Of a DNA stretch of 64,000 nt, positions 1 through 13,630 are shown piece after piece. Where the stretch lies: NCBI RefSeq assembly GCF_001194135.2, contig NC_068992.1, positions 1,556,561 to 1,620,560 on the forward strand, given 5' to 3'. Both the position numbers and the translations under genes were made by a program. This DNA is from Octopus bimaculoides. Lineage: Eukaryota. Within the stretch, counting starts at the first letter, position 1. Every line of letters begins with the position of its first letter. The notes under the pieces are model-generated. The model was not told the origin of the DNA and did no database searches. It saw only the letters and a program-made list of their open reading frames with translations.

Positions 1-2269
1 TTCTAAATGCTAAGTATACATACGATAAGATCACGCTTAAGGATTGGGCATATTTGGGCCTTCTAACTACATAAATAACATCCGTAAATCGAATATTTGT
101 AATTAATAATATAGAATATTTGAGTCCCTATCTGATGTTTATTTTGAAGACATAAAACTCCTGTATATCTTCTCTCTGTTGAATTGATGATCGTTATATA
201 AAACTGCTACTTATTTTATCGATTGCAAAGAGAACGAATTTAGTTCACTCGTGGTGTAATTTGGAGTAAACACAAGAGAATCAAACAGATTTGCGAGATA
301 TTTATCGAGAATATTTATATTCACGTGGATTTACTACTAATTCCATCATAATCTTCTTTGTTTCATCTCATCAGAAATTTAGGATTTATATTAGGCTGTA
401 AGACAGCGTGCAGTGGGTTGGTCACCTAGTTTTGTAGACTAGGAGGTGATCTATATACCTAACACTCAGTATAAAGAGCTGTAGCACGACGTAAACACGT
501 GGAAGAGAAAATGGATTCAATATAGAGTGGTTTGCATGTGAAATCTTTGGAGAAAATTGGTACTCTTTAGGTCTAAGCATCGGTGATATGTGAAGAATAT
601 ACATGAGAGGAATAACAATGAATGCTGTTGTATCTCTTGTGCCAACATATACGGAGTGAAAATTATTGGGAAATAACCGGTGATTTAACTGCAAGATATA
701 AATGGCTGATGTAGGTTAAATATCATTTCCTTTTGTAAATGTGTCATCTTCCGTGAATAACATACAAAATACGTCTTAAGTCGATCTCGCTCCAGAGACA
801 GCGTTTCATAGGACATGGAAGAAAGAAGACAACAAATTGTTTTGGAAAATATGATGGTCAGCAACATATTTAATATACGTATTTGCAATAAGTCGATATT
901 TAGTTGAGATACATCAATCCCTCACTAAGAAAACAATTGCGCTCTCATACTAGTAGGAAACAATGAAAATCTCGACGAGGTGAATGAATATGGTTGTTTC
1001 TAAGAGTTAAAAATGGAAGCGGGAAACAAATGTGGAATATTTCTGTCAGTTTAGGGTAGAGTTGGGGGATATAAGAAAGAGTGATTTAGTTAGTAGGGAT
1101 TCTCTTTCAAAGTAACCATATAACATTTCGATATGGGTATGCTTGCAGATCGGGTGATACAGGATGACATATTTTGCGTTTAGAATGTTCGACTTTCAAC
1201 TAATCGAGTGTGTAAAAACTACTCCGACGATAGGGCTAGGTATATATTCTTTTTGCTGTTGTTTGCTGCGCTATTTAACCTGTAATTTGCCAGTGCGTTC
1301 CTATGCCTACTAAATGACTGAGCAAATGCTATAGACTTCGCATGTGCGTGTAATTGGAACGGATGCAGCGAAGAGAATTGTTATTTTCTTTTTATTATTG
1401 ATACGAATGATTCAGGGTGGCAACACATTTAAAGTCAGATAAATCTCTACATTGGAGAATATACGGCCAATAAGCTGATTACGCCCTGTAAGTTACTTGA
1501 TAATCAACAATTGAGCACTGACAACAGGGCGCTTGATGTAACTGGTCTTATATAATTTGGATAGTCAGCGTATTCTTTTAAAACAAGATCCGCAGAATGT
1601 TCACATCAAAGTTGTTGAGACTGAAACACAAAACCATACTGCAGCAATGTATAACTATAATTTGACGATACATGAAACTAAATAGAATCTATTGAAATCT
1701 ATTCACTAATTTCACATGTATTATTTCACAAGCATTAAATGATCCTCTCAATGTTACACTCTACAGATATAAGTGCTACTAAAATCACACGTATTGTAAT
1801 GTCTTCCTAATATGAACATTATGCCTGCAATGGGGCAAAGGCATATAATTAGTGATCCGTAAGGCAATAGCCTAGTCTCATTTTCATGTAGAAAGAGATC
1901 TGTAGAATTCAACGATGCTTTGATTGCTGTTACAGTTTACGAATATATATTTTTCTTTTAAGCTTCAAACCTGAATATGACTGTATTCATTCCTGCTACA
2001 CATACAGATATAGCTTGCAAATAAAGTAAATTTACGTAAACATTTGTAATGTAATTTGAAGCGTTTCTAATTTTCCTGACAGCATATTCCCTCGGACAAT
2101 ATTTTAATTCATATACATTACCAAACGAATTCAATTACAATGAAATCAGCTATAAAATACCCAGCAGTGTAAAGTTTAGTGTCTTCCACAATAAATATTT
2201 TCCTATTTTTAAAAATTCAATTTGCATTTCATTCGTTAATTGTTTTTCAAAAATGTCAATCCTTATTCA

Positions 2270-2495
2270 TCACGATCACTATTATTATTTGAAAATTCTT
2301 CTGGATCTCACGCCTATAACGGAATTTAAAGAGGTTTATTCTTGAATAATACGTCACTACCTGTGACTTCAGACGTCCAGAAGCTTTTAGAATGATCTTC
2401 ACCATTCCTAACAAGCAGGCCAGTTTAATATATTCTATCTGCTTCAGCAAGCCTTTTTTACCTGTCTACTTGTCGTCCCTAAGGCTCCAATGAAA
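2270..2495 (-). mobile_element. 3'-terminal fragment of an R4/Dong-type (restriction-like endonuclease) non-LTR retrotransposon
   Basis: Minus-strand translation IFIGALGTTSRQVKKGLLKQIEYIKLACLLGMVKIILK matches the typical C-terminal pattern GALG...K.A.LLG...IL; a short AAT-like tail follows near 2270-2290. Confidence 0.6.
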
Positions 2496-2496
2496 A

Positions 2497-2729
<233 letters not shown>

Positions 2730-2730
2730 T

Positions 2731-3895
2731 TTACTTTTCAGAGCGCTCGGTCTTCTTGGCTCTAGTAGATTCTGTGAGAGCAAATAACAGCCTACTTCAG
2801 AGGTTACGCAGGGTTTTTTTCCGCCTCACATTATAAGCTTTGATACTTGGTTGCTCATTATTGTGGGAGAGATTCAACATCGAAGCACCAATCTCAAAAT
2901 ACTAGCAGTCTACGGCAGAGCTGTTTTGCCGGCTTGCTCTGCTCTCATGTCATTTCTCTGGCATATTTTTCGAACTTGGTTGTAAATACTCCCCTACTTG
3001 AATGGCGGACACTCTCTTCATACTCCACATTTTTGCAATTTCATGTTTTAGCATTCTGAACTTCTCAATCTTTTCTATTTCTTTGTCACTTATGCATGCA
3101 CCCTCAAATATTGCAATATCTATAATCTCGGTTTCCTTTCTTTTTTTATGTACCACAACAATATCTGGTTTCTGAGCCGCGATTACGGAGTCACATTGAT
3201 TTGTAAAATACCACAATATCTTATATTCCTTGATCTCGGTGACTCCCTCTGTTCCATGTTCGTACTATTTCCGTGCTCTGTCCAGGCCATACATTTTCCA
3301 TAGCCTCTAGTGAACAAACTTAGCCGCGTTATCATGCCGACTTTTGTAGTGTTTGGGACCAGCTTGCTACATACACTCACAATACGTGAGACTGTTTCGT
3401 TTCTGCTGCCACACATCCTACGAATTTATCCATTTGGAGCTTGGTATAATTAGTTCTCAGAGCTTGTTTCTGGGAGTTGTACATCAATGCCTCAGTACCG
3501 GCTTTCAGATCACTTGTTCTTAGCCATCTCCAAGGTAATGCCCATGCAGTTGTTTCATGTTCCAATTGTCAACTTTTTCTTCTTCATCTTGTATCTTAAA
3601 TGTTTGTGGGTGTATCAGTAGATATTTTATTGTCAATTCTAATAGCGGCAAGCAGAAATACATTCTGCTGTTTGACGTACCATCCCAGAATGTTCTTCAC
3701 GTTGACAACACAGATCTTGCATCCCATGAAGCCTCCTCATCCCCTGTTCCTAGATGCATACAGCCTGTCAGTGTTGCTTTCGTTATGTAGTTCCTTGTTA
3801 ATTGCCATCACTGTTCTGATTTTCCTGTCTATTTCCTCAAGCTCGTTCTTCATCCACATAACAACAGCTGCGTCATCTCACATTACGTAACAGCA
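2731..3895 (-). mobile_element. 5'-truncated, decayed R4/Dong-type non-LTR retrotransposon (post-RT region, zinc knuckle, RLE domain, 3' UTR)
   Basis: Manual minus-strand translation across frameshifts gives WMKNELEEIDRKIRTVMAINKELHNESNTDRLYASRNRG*GG, EALMYNSQKQALRTNY, ETVSRIVSVCSKL, KPDIVVVHKKRKETEIIDIA, KEIEKIEKFRMLKHEIAKMW and KTALP*TASILRLVL. The 3' end abuts (AAT)n on the minus strand. Confidence 0.88.
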
Positions 3896-3902
3896 TATGT
3901 GC

Positions 3903-3956
<54 letters not shown>

Positions 3957-4040
3957 ATATATATATGATATATGATATATGCATGCAAACCTTATGTACA
4001 CATATACACATACACACGCACACACATCTCTCTCTCCCTC

Positions 4041-4072
<32 letters not shown>

Positions 4073-4424
4073 CGCTCATATGTAAAGAACAAATATATAG
4101 TGCGTGTGCTTATTTGGCAAGAATAAAAATAACCATCCCGAAATATAACAATATAACAGTACGTGTGTTTGTTTGTGTATGTATTTTGTAGATAGGCTTA
4201 TAACCCATATGGAGTCCACTTGGAGCACATCTGTTAATTTCGGTTCTCCTAACAACTAAATAGATGTTATATTTGTGCGAGGTGTGCCCAAAGGTTGAAA
4301 AATACTGTCTGACTCAAGGCACAAGGCCCGAGTAGAATACTGCAAAACATTTATTGCTGAGTAATTACCTATCGAAACAGATGCGAAATATTTGAATAGT
4401 AGATAAATAATACCAACATTTTCC

Positions 4425-4470
<46 letters not shown>

Positions 4471-6303
4471 ATGAATAACAATGTAAATGTATATTGAATG
4501 TAAATCCCACCTTTGTTTCGTTTTCACACCATCGAATCTCGGTACCCGAAACACAGTTTAAACATATCTAACATACCTACTGACTTTCATCCTCCTATTA
4601 ACATTTCACATTGTCTGATTGATGTCAAAATTATTCGTTTACCCCATAAATTTTGTATATTGAGTCATGACAATACCTTCTAGTTTATCTTTATCCGCCG
4701 GAAGTGTATTGTAGCTTTTGTTAGCTTATTTGATTTCGATAACACCAACAAGTATTATGTTATCTCTCGTTTCATGACAATAACTATTATCAGTTATATC
4801 CACTAATCATAGCTTTTATTCCTATCGTTAACACATTTCCCGCATCCAAAAGCATCTTTATTTTAATATTTGACTGAAGTAGAGTTCCTGTTTTTATGAT
4901 CCTTCCTCAGTTAGTGTATTGAATATAAATCGTATTGAATGCAAGCGGGGCCTTGAATTTTTAAGATCCCTAAATTTAATTATGCCTGTTTGCTATTTTC
5001 TTAATATGGTCATGTTTAGTTTTTGTCAAAGATTTTTGGTTTATTTGCTGCATTTCCAATTCTAGAAAACTTTATCTGCTGATTTGTACTCAAAGCGATC
5101 TCGCCTAAATTTAACCGACATTCTTAAGAGAATTTTGTTCTTGGGGTGATGAAAATATATACAAAATTCAACAACAGCAAATAAGTGGCCAGTTAACGAA
5201 TGAAAAATGTAATGGGCAACATTGATAACTGGAATGTGACACTTCATTTTCACTTCTCCTTTCTCCTCCTGATATAAAAAAAGACAGTGAGGCGTCAGAT
5301 GTATAATCTATATGTGCTGCATCGTTTACGAGATCTGGTATAATTGCAATTATGCCCTACAAAAGAGCAAACGCGCCAAAGCCAGCCATCGATTTCTGAT
5401 ACAAAGGTGAATATAAAAAATGATTTTATTCTGCTAAAGTAGTGATTTCTATTCTTAATCTCGCAGTTTTATTCACACGCTATTATACTTCAAACTGTGT
5501 CCAAGTATTTATTGAAAGCTGAATAATGCTGCTATTATTCGAGATCAACCACATAAAATTGCAGTGCATACCTCTGCATGTTTATGTCATTGCACTTCCA
5601 AGCCGAGCGAAAATTTAATGCCATTATTAAACTACTAAACATGTTTATATGAACGAGAAAAATCTCAGAGAATTTACCATGTGCAGCATATAATTTGCAG
5701 GCCATATACGAGTGGCAAGTAGAATATGCGCTCATCTCTCTCCCACCACCATATTATCTTGAATCGGATTTTCTCATGGATTATCTTAAGGGAAAATCGC
5801 TGAGATGAAGTTAATGATGTGTTTTCTCCCAAATCATAATATCCCAATTTTTATTCCAAAATCGGTAACACGTTCATTCATGGAGATGATGCAAAACTAA
5901 TCTATACACATCCGATTATCATGTTTAATTTTTAAAAATTGGTTGGCATAAACATCTCATTACTTTTTTTTAAAGTAATTCGTAAATTATCATATTAATC
6001 ATTACAAATATTAAAAACCGGTGTGAAGAGTTATTCTTTCGTTGAACCCTCAAATCCTATAGTACAGTCAGAATATACAGCTTAACCCGGGCATTTTAAA
6101 CTTAATAAATCCTTAGTTCTGGTTGCACCAATGCCATCCAGAGAAATATTGAGTGGCAGAAACTCACAATGTAAGAAGGAAGAATGCGAGAACACATGAC
6201 AACGACCCATAGACTGTGGTCAAAATACATCGAAGAAATTCACTTTATCAGATTTATCAAAATTTATCTCTGACATAATGAAATTAAAACATATTTCACA
6301 GCC

Positions 6304-6710
6304 GTAGGAGTGGCTGTGTGGTAAGTAGCTTGCTTTACGAACCACGTGGTTCCGGGTTCAGTCCCACTGCGTGGCACCTTGGGGAAGTGTCTTCTACTAT
6401 AGCCTCGGGCCGACCAAAGCCTTGTGAGTGCATTTGGTAGACGGAAACTGAAAGAAGCCCGTCGTATATATTATTATGTATGTGTGTATATATATTTGTG
6501 TGTCTGTGTTTGTCCCCAACATCGCTTGACAACCGATGCTTGTGTGTTTACGTCCCCGTAACCTAGCGGTTCGGCAAAAAAGACCGCTAGAATAAGTACT
6601 ATGCTTATAAAGAACAAGCTCTGGGGTCGATTTGCTCGACTAAAGGCGGTGCTCCAGCATGGCCACAGTCAAATTACTGAAACAAGTAAAAGAGTAAACA
6701 AGTAAAAGAG
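6304..6710 (+). mobile_element. Near full-length tRNA-derived SINE (family A): tRNA-like head, conserved central domain, internal (TA)/(TG) tract, LINE-like 3' tail
   Basis: A-box-like TGGCTGTGTGG and B-box-like GGTTCAGTCCC; central GGCACCTTGGGGAAGTGTCTTCTACTATAGCC; tail GGCGGTGCTCCAGCATGGCCACAGTC...CTGAAACAAGTAAAAGAG. Homologous copies occur at 41311, 41688, 12541, 18390 and 49165. Confidence 0.88.
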
Positions 6711-8737
6711 CCACACACGTCTCGTGTTTCTTTTCGTACTTTCATGCTCGTACTTTCGTACTTTCGTGCTCGCAGAAGGAGATGGATAGGTGTAAAGTTT
6801 CTAGGTCAGTCTATGTTTCTGAATTAGTTGATTGTCCTATAAGCAATTTGATTAATACCCACAAACAACTTCTTTAATTTAAAAATAGAAAAAAATCTAT
6901 CTGTTTTGGATTAACACAGAACACGTAATGGACTAAGAATCTGACAGTCATTTGGCACTTCGTGTTTTTACTTACAATCGCTCTGACTTCAAGGAATAAT
7001 CTCAGACTCGGAATATGTTCATACATAGCTTATGATAATTCCCGTATGATATCAATTTCAGCAGCGAAGGTATAACTTTCTTTACTCCAGTGTCTAAATT
7101 TCTCTTTTTGTTGCTGCGTAATACTCCGTCCATTATTTCCTTACCTATAAGGAATTGATTTCACGAATTTCCTTCATTAATTTATTTGAAACATTTGCTG
7201 AACATCATCTTACATTTTTAATCAGAGTTCACCATTTAGACAAATGCACAGATATTTATTTGCTTGAAATATTTTGAATGCTAAATGACTTTCAACATTA
7301 TTCAAAAACTTTTTCTAATAATCCTCCTTTCAACTCTTCTCTCTTCTCTGTAAATCTCGAAAATGCTGATTTAATATTGTAAGGTTATCGATTCTGAAGT
7401 GTCCTAATCCCCAGTGTATCTTCAGTCTTCAACACAACTATTAATGTCGTTTAAAGAAACATTGTTATACAGCCACTTGCAGGAAACAACATTTGTACGG
7501 TCCATTGACTTAATAACTTGAAGATGGGATCAGAGGCAATAATTGCTTTTTAATTCTGCAATCTCTACAGAGCTAATTAATTATTAAGAAGGCAATATGT
7601 CTTCAAGGTATGACGAGAAGTTTTAAAGACACCTCTCTGCTTTTCATCAGGTAAAATTGTTTGAAGAAACACCCAGAAAAATACCTCTGAAGTTTACATA
7701 CATTTATTGGGTTTCTGCACGTTAGAGTTAACTGAAGAAAATATTTGGTACTGGTGTATTATTTTTTCTTTTAGTTCTTTGCTGTTATGTCTTCGCAGAG
7801 GAAGCCACCTGAAATTACAAAGGGGAAAGCACAACTCCTTGATTAGTCAACCTGATAAATTGAGGATTCTGTTATGTCTGTAGGCTAATATATTTTCATG
7901 AATAGTAAAATAGAACACTATATTTATTTGGATTGTAAACAATCCCTTAAATAAAATCTTGAGATTTATAAGATCAACTCTAAATTCCTTCTATGGTTGA
8001 ACCTCTGAAGTATGTACAATTTCACGTTCCCGTCATATTACTTATTGAAAATGTTTCACGAATTTTCAAAAACCGTTCGGCTAAACTACATTTGCTTTGA
8101 TATTAAATCCCGCGTGTTTTCCAATCGTTTTATAAACAGAATACGACACACGGCGTGCCTCTGTTCAGTATGCCACATATACATATGTAACATTTTCCGT
8201 AACCCGAATTCTTGTGGTTTTTGTTTCACATTTATTGATATGAGCAATTTTCTTTAATGAAAAGTAATGCGGTTTGGCATATCAGGGTCATATCTTTTTA
8301 ATTTATTAAGCAAATTCAAATTTCTGGCCCACAAAAATATGAATATAGTTTGATTCAACTTTCATCTTACTTGATGCCATTTTCCTGTCTAAACAGCATG
8401 ACAAAAACGCGTACGCATACACTCACAGATAAATGCACACAAATAGATAGAAAATAAACACTACTCATACTTGTATACTGACATGTTAGCGTTTATATTT
8501 CAATTTAACGTCTCTACTTCGCGATTAAATCAGAAAATAGGCAGAGAGCTTTCACCCTTTCACTTGACGTATTACCCATAGCAGTAAAATGTTTCAATCA
8601 CGTTACTCTAAAATAGAATTGAGACAGACATTGGATAATGTTTTCTAAGTTAGCCATAGAAGTGAATGAGTAAGAATAGAAAGCCTTTGAACATAACTCT
8701 TTATCAAGGATGTCCTTGTCTCAAACGACTGCGTCTT

Positions 8738-8777
8738 CATCATCATCAACAACAGCACAAGCAACAATATCAACAGC

Positions 8778-8831
<54 letters not shown>
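8738..8831. repeat. (CAA)n microsatellite with degenerate CAT/CAG left flank
   Basis: Directly visible; source of the polyQ, polyL, polyV and polyC ORFs. Confidence 0.95.
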
Positions 8832-8832
<1 letters not shown>

Positions 8833-9173
8833 TACCTGCCTAGATTCTGACAGCTCTTTTTCAAATTCCAACGCGAACAGATTTGCATAGCACCCAGTCT
8901 CCTTCGATTCATTGAAGACGTCATTCAAGTATTTTGCAAATATGTTTTCAAAATAAACAACATGAACAGCAATAACAAATTTTGTGAGTGTTGAAACTAT
9001 CACAAAGCTTCAACCAGAGAAAAGAGCGGTTCTGTTCAACACATGCTAGAGAAAAAATATTATGGTTGCCAAAACCATAAGGCCTCACTGAAACTCTCCC
9101 TTTCTGCGACACTCTATTTCTCATTATCACTTTACACACATATGCACACACAAACAGATAGATAAATAGATCG

Positions 9174-9208
<35 letters not shown>

Positions 9209-9404
9209 NNNNNNNNNNNNNNNNNNNNNNNNNNNNNNNNNNNNNNNNNNNNNNNNNNNNNNNNNNNNNNNNNNNNNNNNNNNNNNNNNNNNNNNNNNNN
9301 NNNNNNNNNNNNNNNNNNNNGGATTTAGTGGTTAATGCATTGTTGTAATTGAATGTGGGAGTTTGATCAAATCTTTGTTTTTGCCTAGAAGAAATTCAAA
9401 TATT

Positions 9405-9620
9405 CTTTACTAGTCTAAGCACAAGGCCCCACATTTTGGAGCAGGAGGACAATCGTTTCGATCGACTCCAGTACGTAACTGGTACTTAATTTGTCGACTC
9501 CGAAAGGATGAAAGGGAAAGTCGACCTCGGCGGAATTTGAACTCAGGACGTAAAGACAGACGAAATACCGCTAAGCATTTCGCCCGGCGTGCTAACGTTT
9601 CTGCCAGCTCGCCGCCTTAG
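9405..9620 (-). mobile_element. tRNA-derived SINE (family B) with a 14-bp target-site duplication
   Basis: Reverse complement begins TAAGGCGGCGAGCTGGCAGAAACGTTAGC and contains B-box-like GAGTTCAAATTCC. The direct repeat GAAATTCAAATATT lies at 9391-9404 and 9621-9634. Related copies occur at 46031, 61985, 62215 and 62782. Confidence 0.88.
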
Positions 9621-10643
9621 GAAATTCAAATATTAAATTGCGCTGCAATAAAAGCATGATTAGAACACAAAACTGGACATTGTATAGAGATGGAATACAA
9701 ATAGCAGATGATTCATATAAATACAAACTTCGTTTGTGTGCTGTTATATCCTCATATAAATGTATTTATATATTCACATCCATATATAGACAGTAGCATT
9801 TATCCATGACTACACTGTCTCCATCCGCTCAGTAAGCTTTCATACGCATACATATACCTGCAAAAACACAAACAAAATAGAAATAAGAGTGACTGTATTT
9901 CTACCCAACTGCAAACAATCCGGAGCCTATTTATATATTCAGAATAAATCATGTTGCGGTTTAGAACAAGTAATTAGATATTGAGGGAAATTACGTAATT
10001 TACTTGATAGCATATAAATTAACTAATTATCTATAAAGGGGTAATTGTGTCTTATTGTAAAAATTATAAACTCGAGAAGAACATCTGCTTTCTCCAAATC
10101 GATTATCAATATTTCAATTTAGTTTCTCACACAGCATGCATATTATCTTAGACTATCTATGTACCAAGTTTTAGAATGTAGTAATAATAAATCTCTAACG
10201 TTGATTACTAAATTTACAACATTAGATACTTTAATCTTACCTACAGATTTAGCTACAAAATAGTCAAGACATTAAATACTTAACAATCCAATATGAAGTA
10301 ATAATAATTCTCTGCAGCTAATTACTAAATCTACATGGAAACAATTATTCTTGCATGTAGATGGACACTAGAAAACATGTTTTAATTTTTGAGACATTGA
10401 TTCTACTGGAATCTAACATATATGCAGCTGTTGTTATGTCGGTTTATGTATGTATGTATTTTATATATATACATATATACATATATACTTGTGTGTGTGT
10501 TTGTGAGTGTGTGTGACAGTTGCAATGAATTCGGAGATTAGTACATCTGCATATGTTTCAAAAGATTTCTACAGGCAAATATAGAGCATATTAGATTTAG
10601 ATATGTTCGAAGCTTGGCGCTGCTGCGTAGGCATCTCGCTAGT

Positions 10644-10746
10644 GCTTTCGCACCCAGGGGCTTTCGCACCCAGGGGCTTTCGCACCCAGTGGCTTTCGCA
10701 CCCAGTGGCTTTCGCACCCAGTGGCTTTCGCACCCAGTGGCTTTCG
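10644..10746. repeat. GC-rich 16-bp minisatellite GCTTTCGCACCCAG(G/T)G, six full units plus a partial one
   Basis: Units start at 10644, 10660, 10676, 10692, 10708 and 10724. The first two end in GGG and the last four in GTG. Confidence 0.97.
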
Positions 10747-11029
10747 ATTTCTTATTAGTCTATGCAAATTTATTCAAGGCCAGTCCACTAAAACGAGAGA
10801 AAGTGATATAAATTAATTTTAATGCTAATATCAACCAACAAACCACGCGCCGCGGTTGATATCCTTCTCCACTGGAACTGACGGCCGCCTATTGGCCTGC
10901 TGTATTGAACATTATCGGTTACAGGAGAAATCCGTGAAAATTATTGAGTTTACTAATAATGAGCCATTTGAAATTTACCTGTAAATCAAATCAATTCTTT
11001 GTATCGTCTTCGAACATTCATCGATCCCT

Positions 11030-11800
11030 TTCCTCAAAATATTTATCAGTAAAACGTTCCTACTTCATCTACGAGTGGTCTTCATTCATGAAAGCGAAGG
11101 CCTAATTACTCAATTTCTCTTGACTTTGAGAACACCTCTTATGATTATTTACTCGTTTTAATGGAGAAAGCGATTTCTCACAGGAATCTATCGTGGAAGA
11201 TATGAACAGAATTAGAAGTAGTCAGTTTGTTACTTCGGCAAGGCAAGGCTTAGTTCGAAATCCCCATTTATGACATCTTGGATGCTTGATACTTGATTCG
11301 CAAGACTACAGCATAAACGAATTTCAATTCGAATTCCATTCCATTTAATTCCAATATGTTTTTATAGACATCCAAAGAAGAAAGCGCCTCCATCGATGTT
11401 TCTCTTTCGTAAGTGTGAAAATACTTCGGGTTTTATAGTTCAACAAATCTGAACTCAAAGGTTTAAAATGACGGTGTTCTAAATCCTTGCCCAAATTCAA
11501 ACAACTTCATGCAAAATGATTTTCAAACAGAGTTCTTAAAACAGCTTCTGGTTCTTGTTGTCGACCACGCTTTTCCGGTGCTTCAGCAACACCATCCAGA
11601 ACTCGGCAGTAAAAACCTTCAGCCTTTTTCTTCTCGATATTGAAGTGAGCCCTAGGATTTGTGCACTTTCCACAAGATTATCAGTTCACTATCATTAGTG
11701 AGCCACATGTGGCGCATGCAGTCTTAACATGAACACTCTATTCATCTTAAGTGTGCTTTTCTCGAGTTAAACAGTTTAGCGTTAATCAACCAGAACTTTT
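11030..11800 (-). mobile_element. Highly decayed L1/Tx1-like LINE ORF2 remnant (end of endonuclease, linker, start of RT)
   Basis: Weak motifs occur in the expected order on the minus strand: KFWLINAKLFNS (cf. W.LN.SLL), HFNIEKKKAEG...EAVLRTLFENHF (cf. FF..EK...FY..LY), MEALSSL...NGMEFE (cf. KSPG.DG...EF) and MNEDHS*MK*ERFTDKY (cf. DQ.GF..GR.I.DN). Each match is poor on its own. Confidence 0.4.
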
Positions 11801-12030
11801 AAGTCATTCGAAGAAAACACACCCCGACTCTGAGCTCAAAGCTTCGACAAGATTCGGAGGTCTCGCATCTTCAGGATGCCTAGCAATCACAGTTAAGTCG
11901 ATCGGTATATACTAATCTCCCTAAAAGTTAGGTTTTGATAATTTCTGCATGTACTCTTGCTCATCGATCTCTTGAATAAATGTGATGTTAGTTGTGAGTT
12001 TTGCCACTGTTTATGATATACACAGCTAAC

Positions 12031-12100
12031 CTAATCTTACACCAGCCAGGCTAATCTTACTCCTTCTAGCCTAATCTTACGCCAGCCAGCCTAATCTTAC
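12031..12100. repeat. Four copies of CTAATCTTAC at exact 20-bp spacing with partly variable 10-nt spacers
   Basis: Motif at 12031, 12051, 12071 and 12091; spacers are ACCAGCCAGG, TCCTTCTAGC and GCCAGCCAGC. Confidence 0.92.
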
Positions 12101-12540
12101 AGCAAGTACACCTACTCATTGTCTCATTAATATAACAATTACACCTATCAGTATATTGTGTTTTGAAGTTCACAATCTCACGAACATACTTCGAAATATC
12201 AAGCGAATCTGTTCGAAGAATCAAAAACGGAATCTCTCTGAGCTATCCAATATGGCGTCAAAAATCAAAAGCAGCATATAAATTGAAAATCTGTGATTGC
12301 AATAAATCATATCCTCGCCTGTGTTATTTCTGAAACAGTCTAATCCTATAGATTTACTAGTACTGTTGAAAACGGTTTAGAAAACTAAGTAATGTTTGTA
12401 ATGAATAATGCGAACGTGTCTTTGGTAACTTTGAGAAATTGCCTTCCCATGACCTCATTCAGTTCACACTGACATATCCCAAACAACTTTCTCGCAGTTT
12501 TTCTATCGCATTAACAAATGGCAAAACGCGTAACAATAGC

Positions 12541-12625
12541 AGATGATATTTGCCCAAGGTACTAGGCTGTGGGACTGAACCCATAATCCTGAGGTTGGGG
12601 AGCAAGAGTATTACCACACAGCCAT
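12541..12625 (-). mobile_element. Decayed 5' head of SINE family A
   Basis: Reverse complement ATGGCTGTGTGGTAATACTCTTGCT...GGGTTCAGTCCCACAGCCTAGTACCTTGGGCAAATATC resembles 6304-6395. Confidence 0.6.
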
Positions 12626-13630
12626 TTCATCTCACTCTTGTAAATCAAAGTCACTTTGCTATGGAACACCTACGTTGCCCATATCACCACCTCACTAATC
12701 TATTTGATCAGTAATTGTATTGATTACATGAATTTTTTTCCCTCTCTGTCAGTTAATTTGGATCGAAAATGTTTTGATATGTTACTCAGTGGATAGTACA
12801 CTAAACAGAGGACAAGCTTGTATATCCAACAACTTCGTAGCAGAATTCTCATGTCTTTGTCAATTAACAGTGTCGATGAGCGTTAATGTTTTTCACTTTA
12901 GCTTTCCAACATTTCGTGTAACGACGTGGAATCATGTAAAATTTAAGAAACTGACGTGTGGTTAATTATGGAACACGCTAAAGGAAATCAGTTTGGAATT
13001 TTCATTAAGTCACTAATAGAAAGGAATCCGCTTCTCGAACGAGATATACATATTATTTGAATGATTCTATAATATTGCTAATTACTACTTAATTGTGTTC
13101 TTGACTCCAACGACACATGGGATATAAACTTCGCTACTAACCTATTCATACACCAAATATGCATATGCACAACTGTTTGCGTATATATATATAAACATAT
13201 ATATATATATACATANNNNNNNNNNNNNNNNNNNNNNNNNNNNNNNNNNNNNNNNNNNNNNNNNNNNNNNNNNNNNNNNNNNNNNNNNNNNNNNNNNNNN
13301 NNNNNNNNNNNNNNNNNNNNNNNNNNNNNNNNNNNNNNNNNNNNNNNNNNNNNNNNNNNNNNNNGTGTTTTTTTTGTATGATTCTGTATAGAGGAATATA
13401 TTATTTTGTTTAAAAGAGTTCCAACACTGTCTGTTTTTTATGTTTTATTTATATTCTTGCAGAACCAATGTGGGGTATAGAATATGGAATATACAATATA
13501 TAATATAATATACAATATATGATATAAAATAAAATAAAATAAAAATGGATGGCACCATAAAATAAAGTATTGAATGTAGATGAAATATTGAGTGTTCAAT
13601 ATAAAGGATCAAATATATAAATATAAATAT

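Noticed and set aside
7000-7650. Possible hAT transposase C-terminal remnant
   Set aside because: Only vague resemblance; no ordered motifs or TIRs found.
8666-8890. PolyQ ORF resembling a transcription-factor low-complexity region
   Set aside because: Explained by a (CAA)n microsatellite; no domain and no splice context.
10644-12100. CRISPR-like appearance of the 16-bp and 20-bp repeat arrays
   Set aside because: Eukaryotic context, no cas genes, units too short, and spacers absent or mutually similar.
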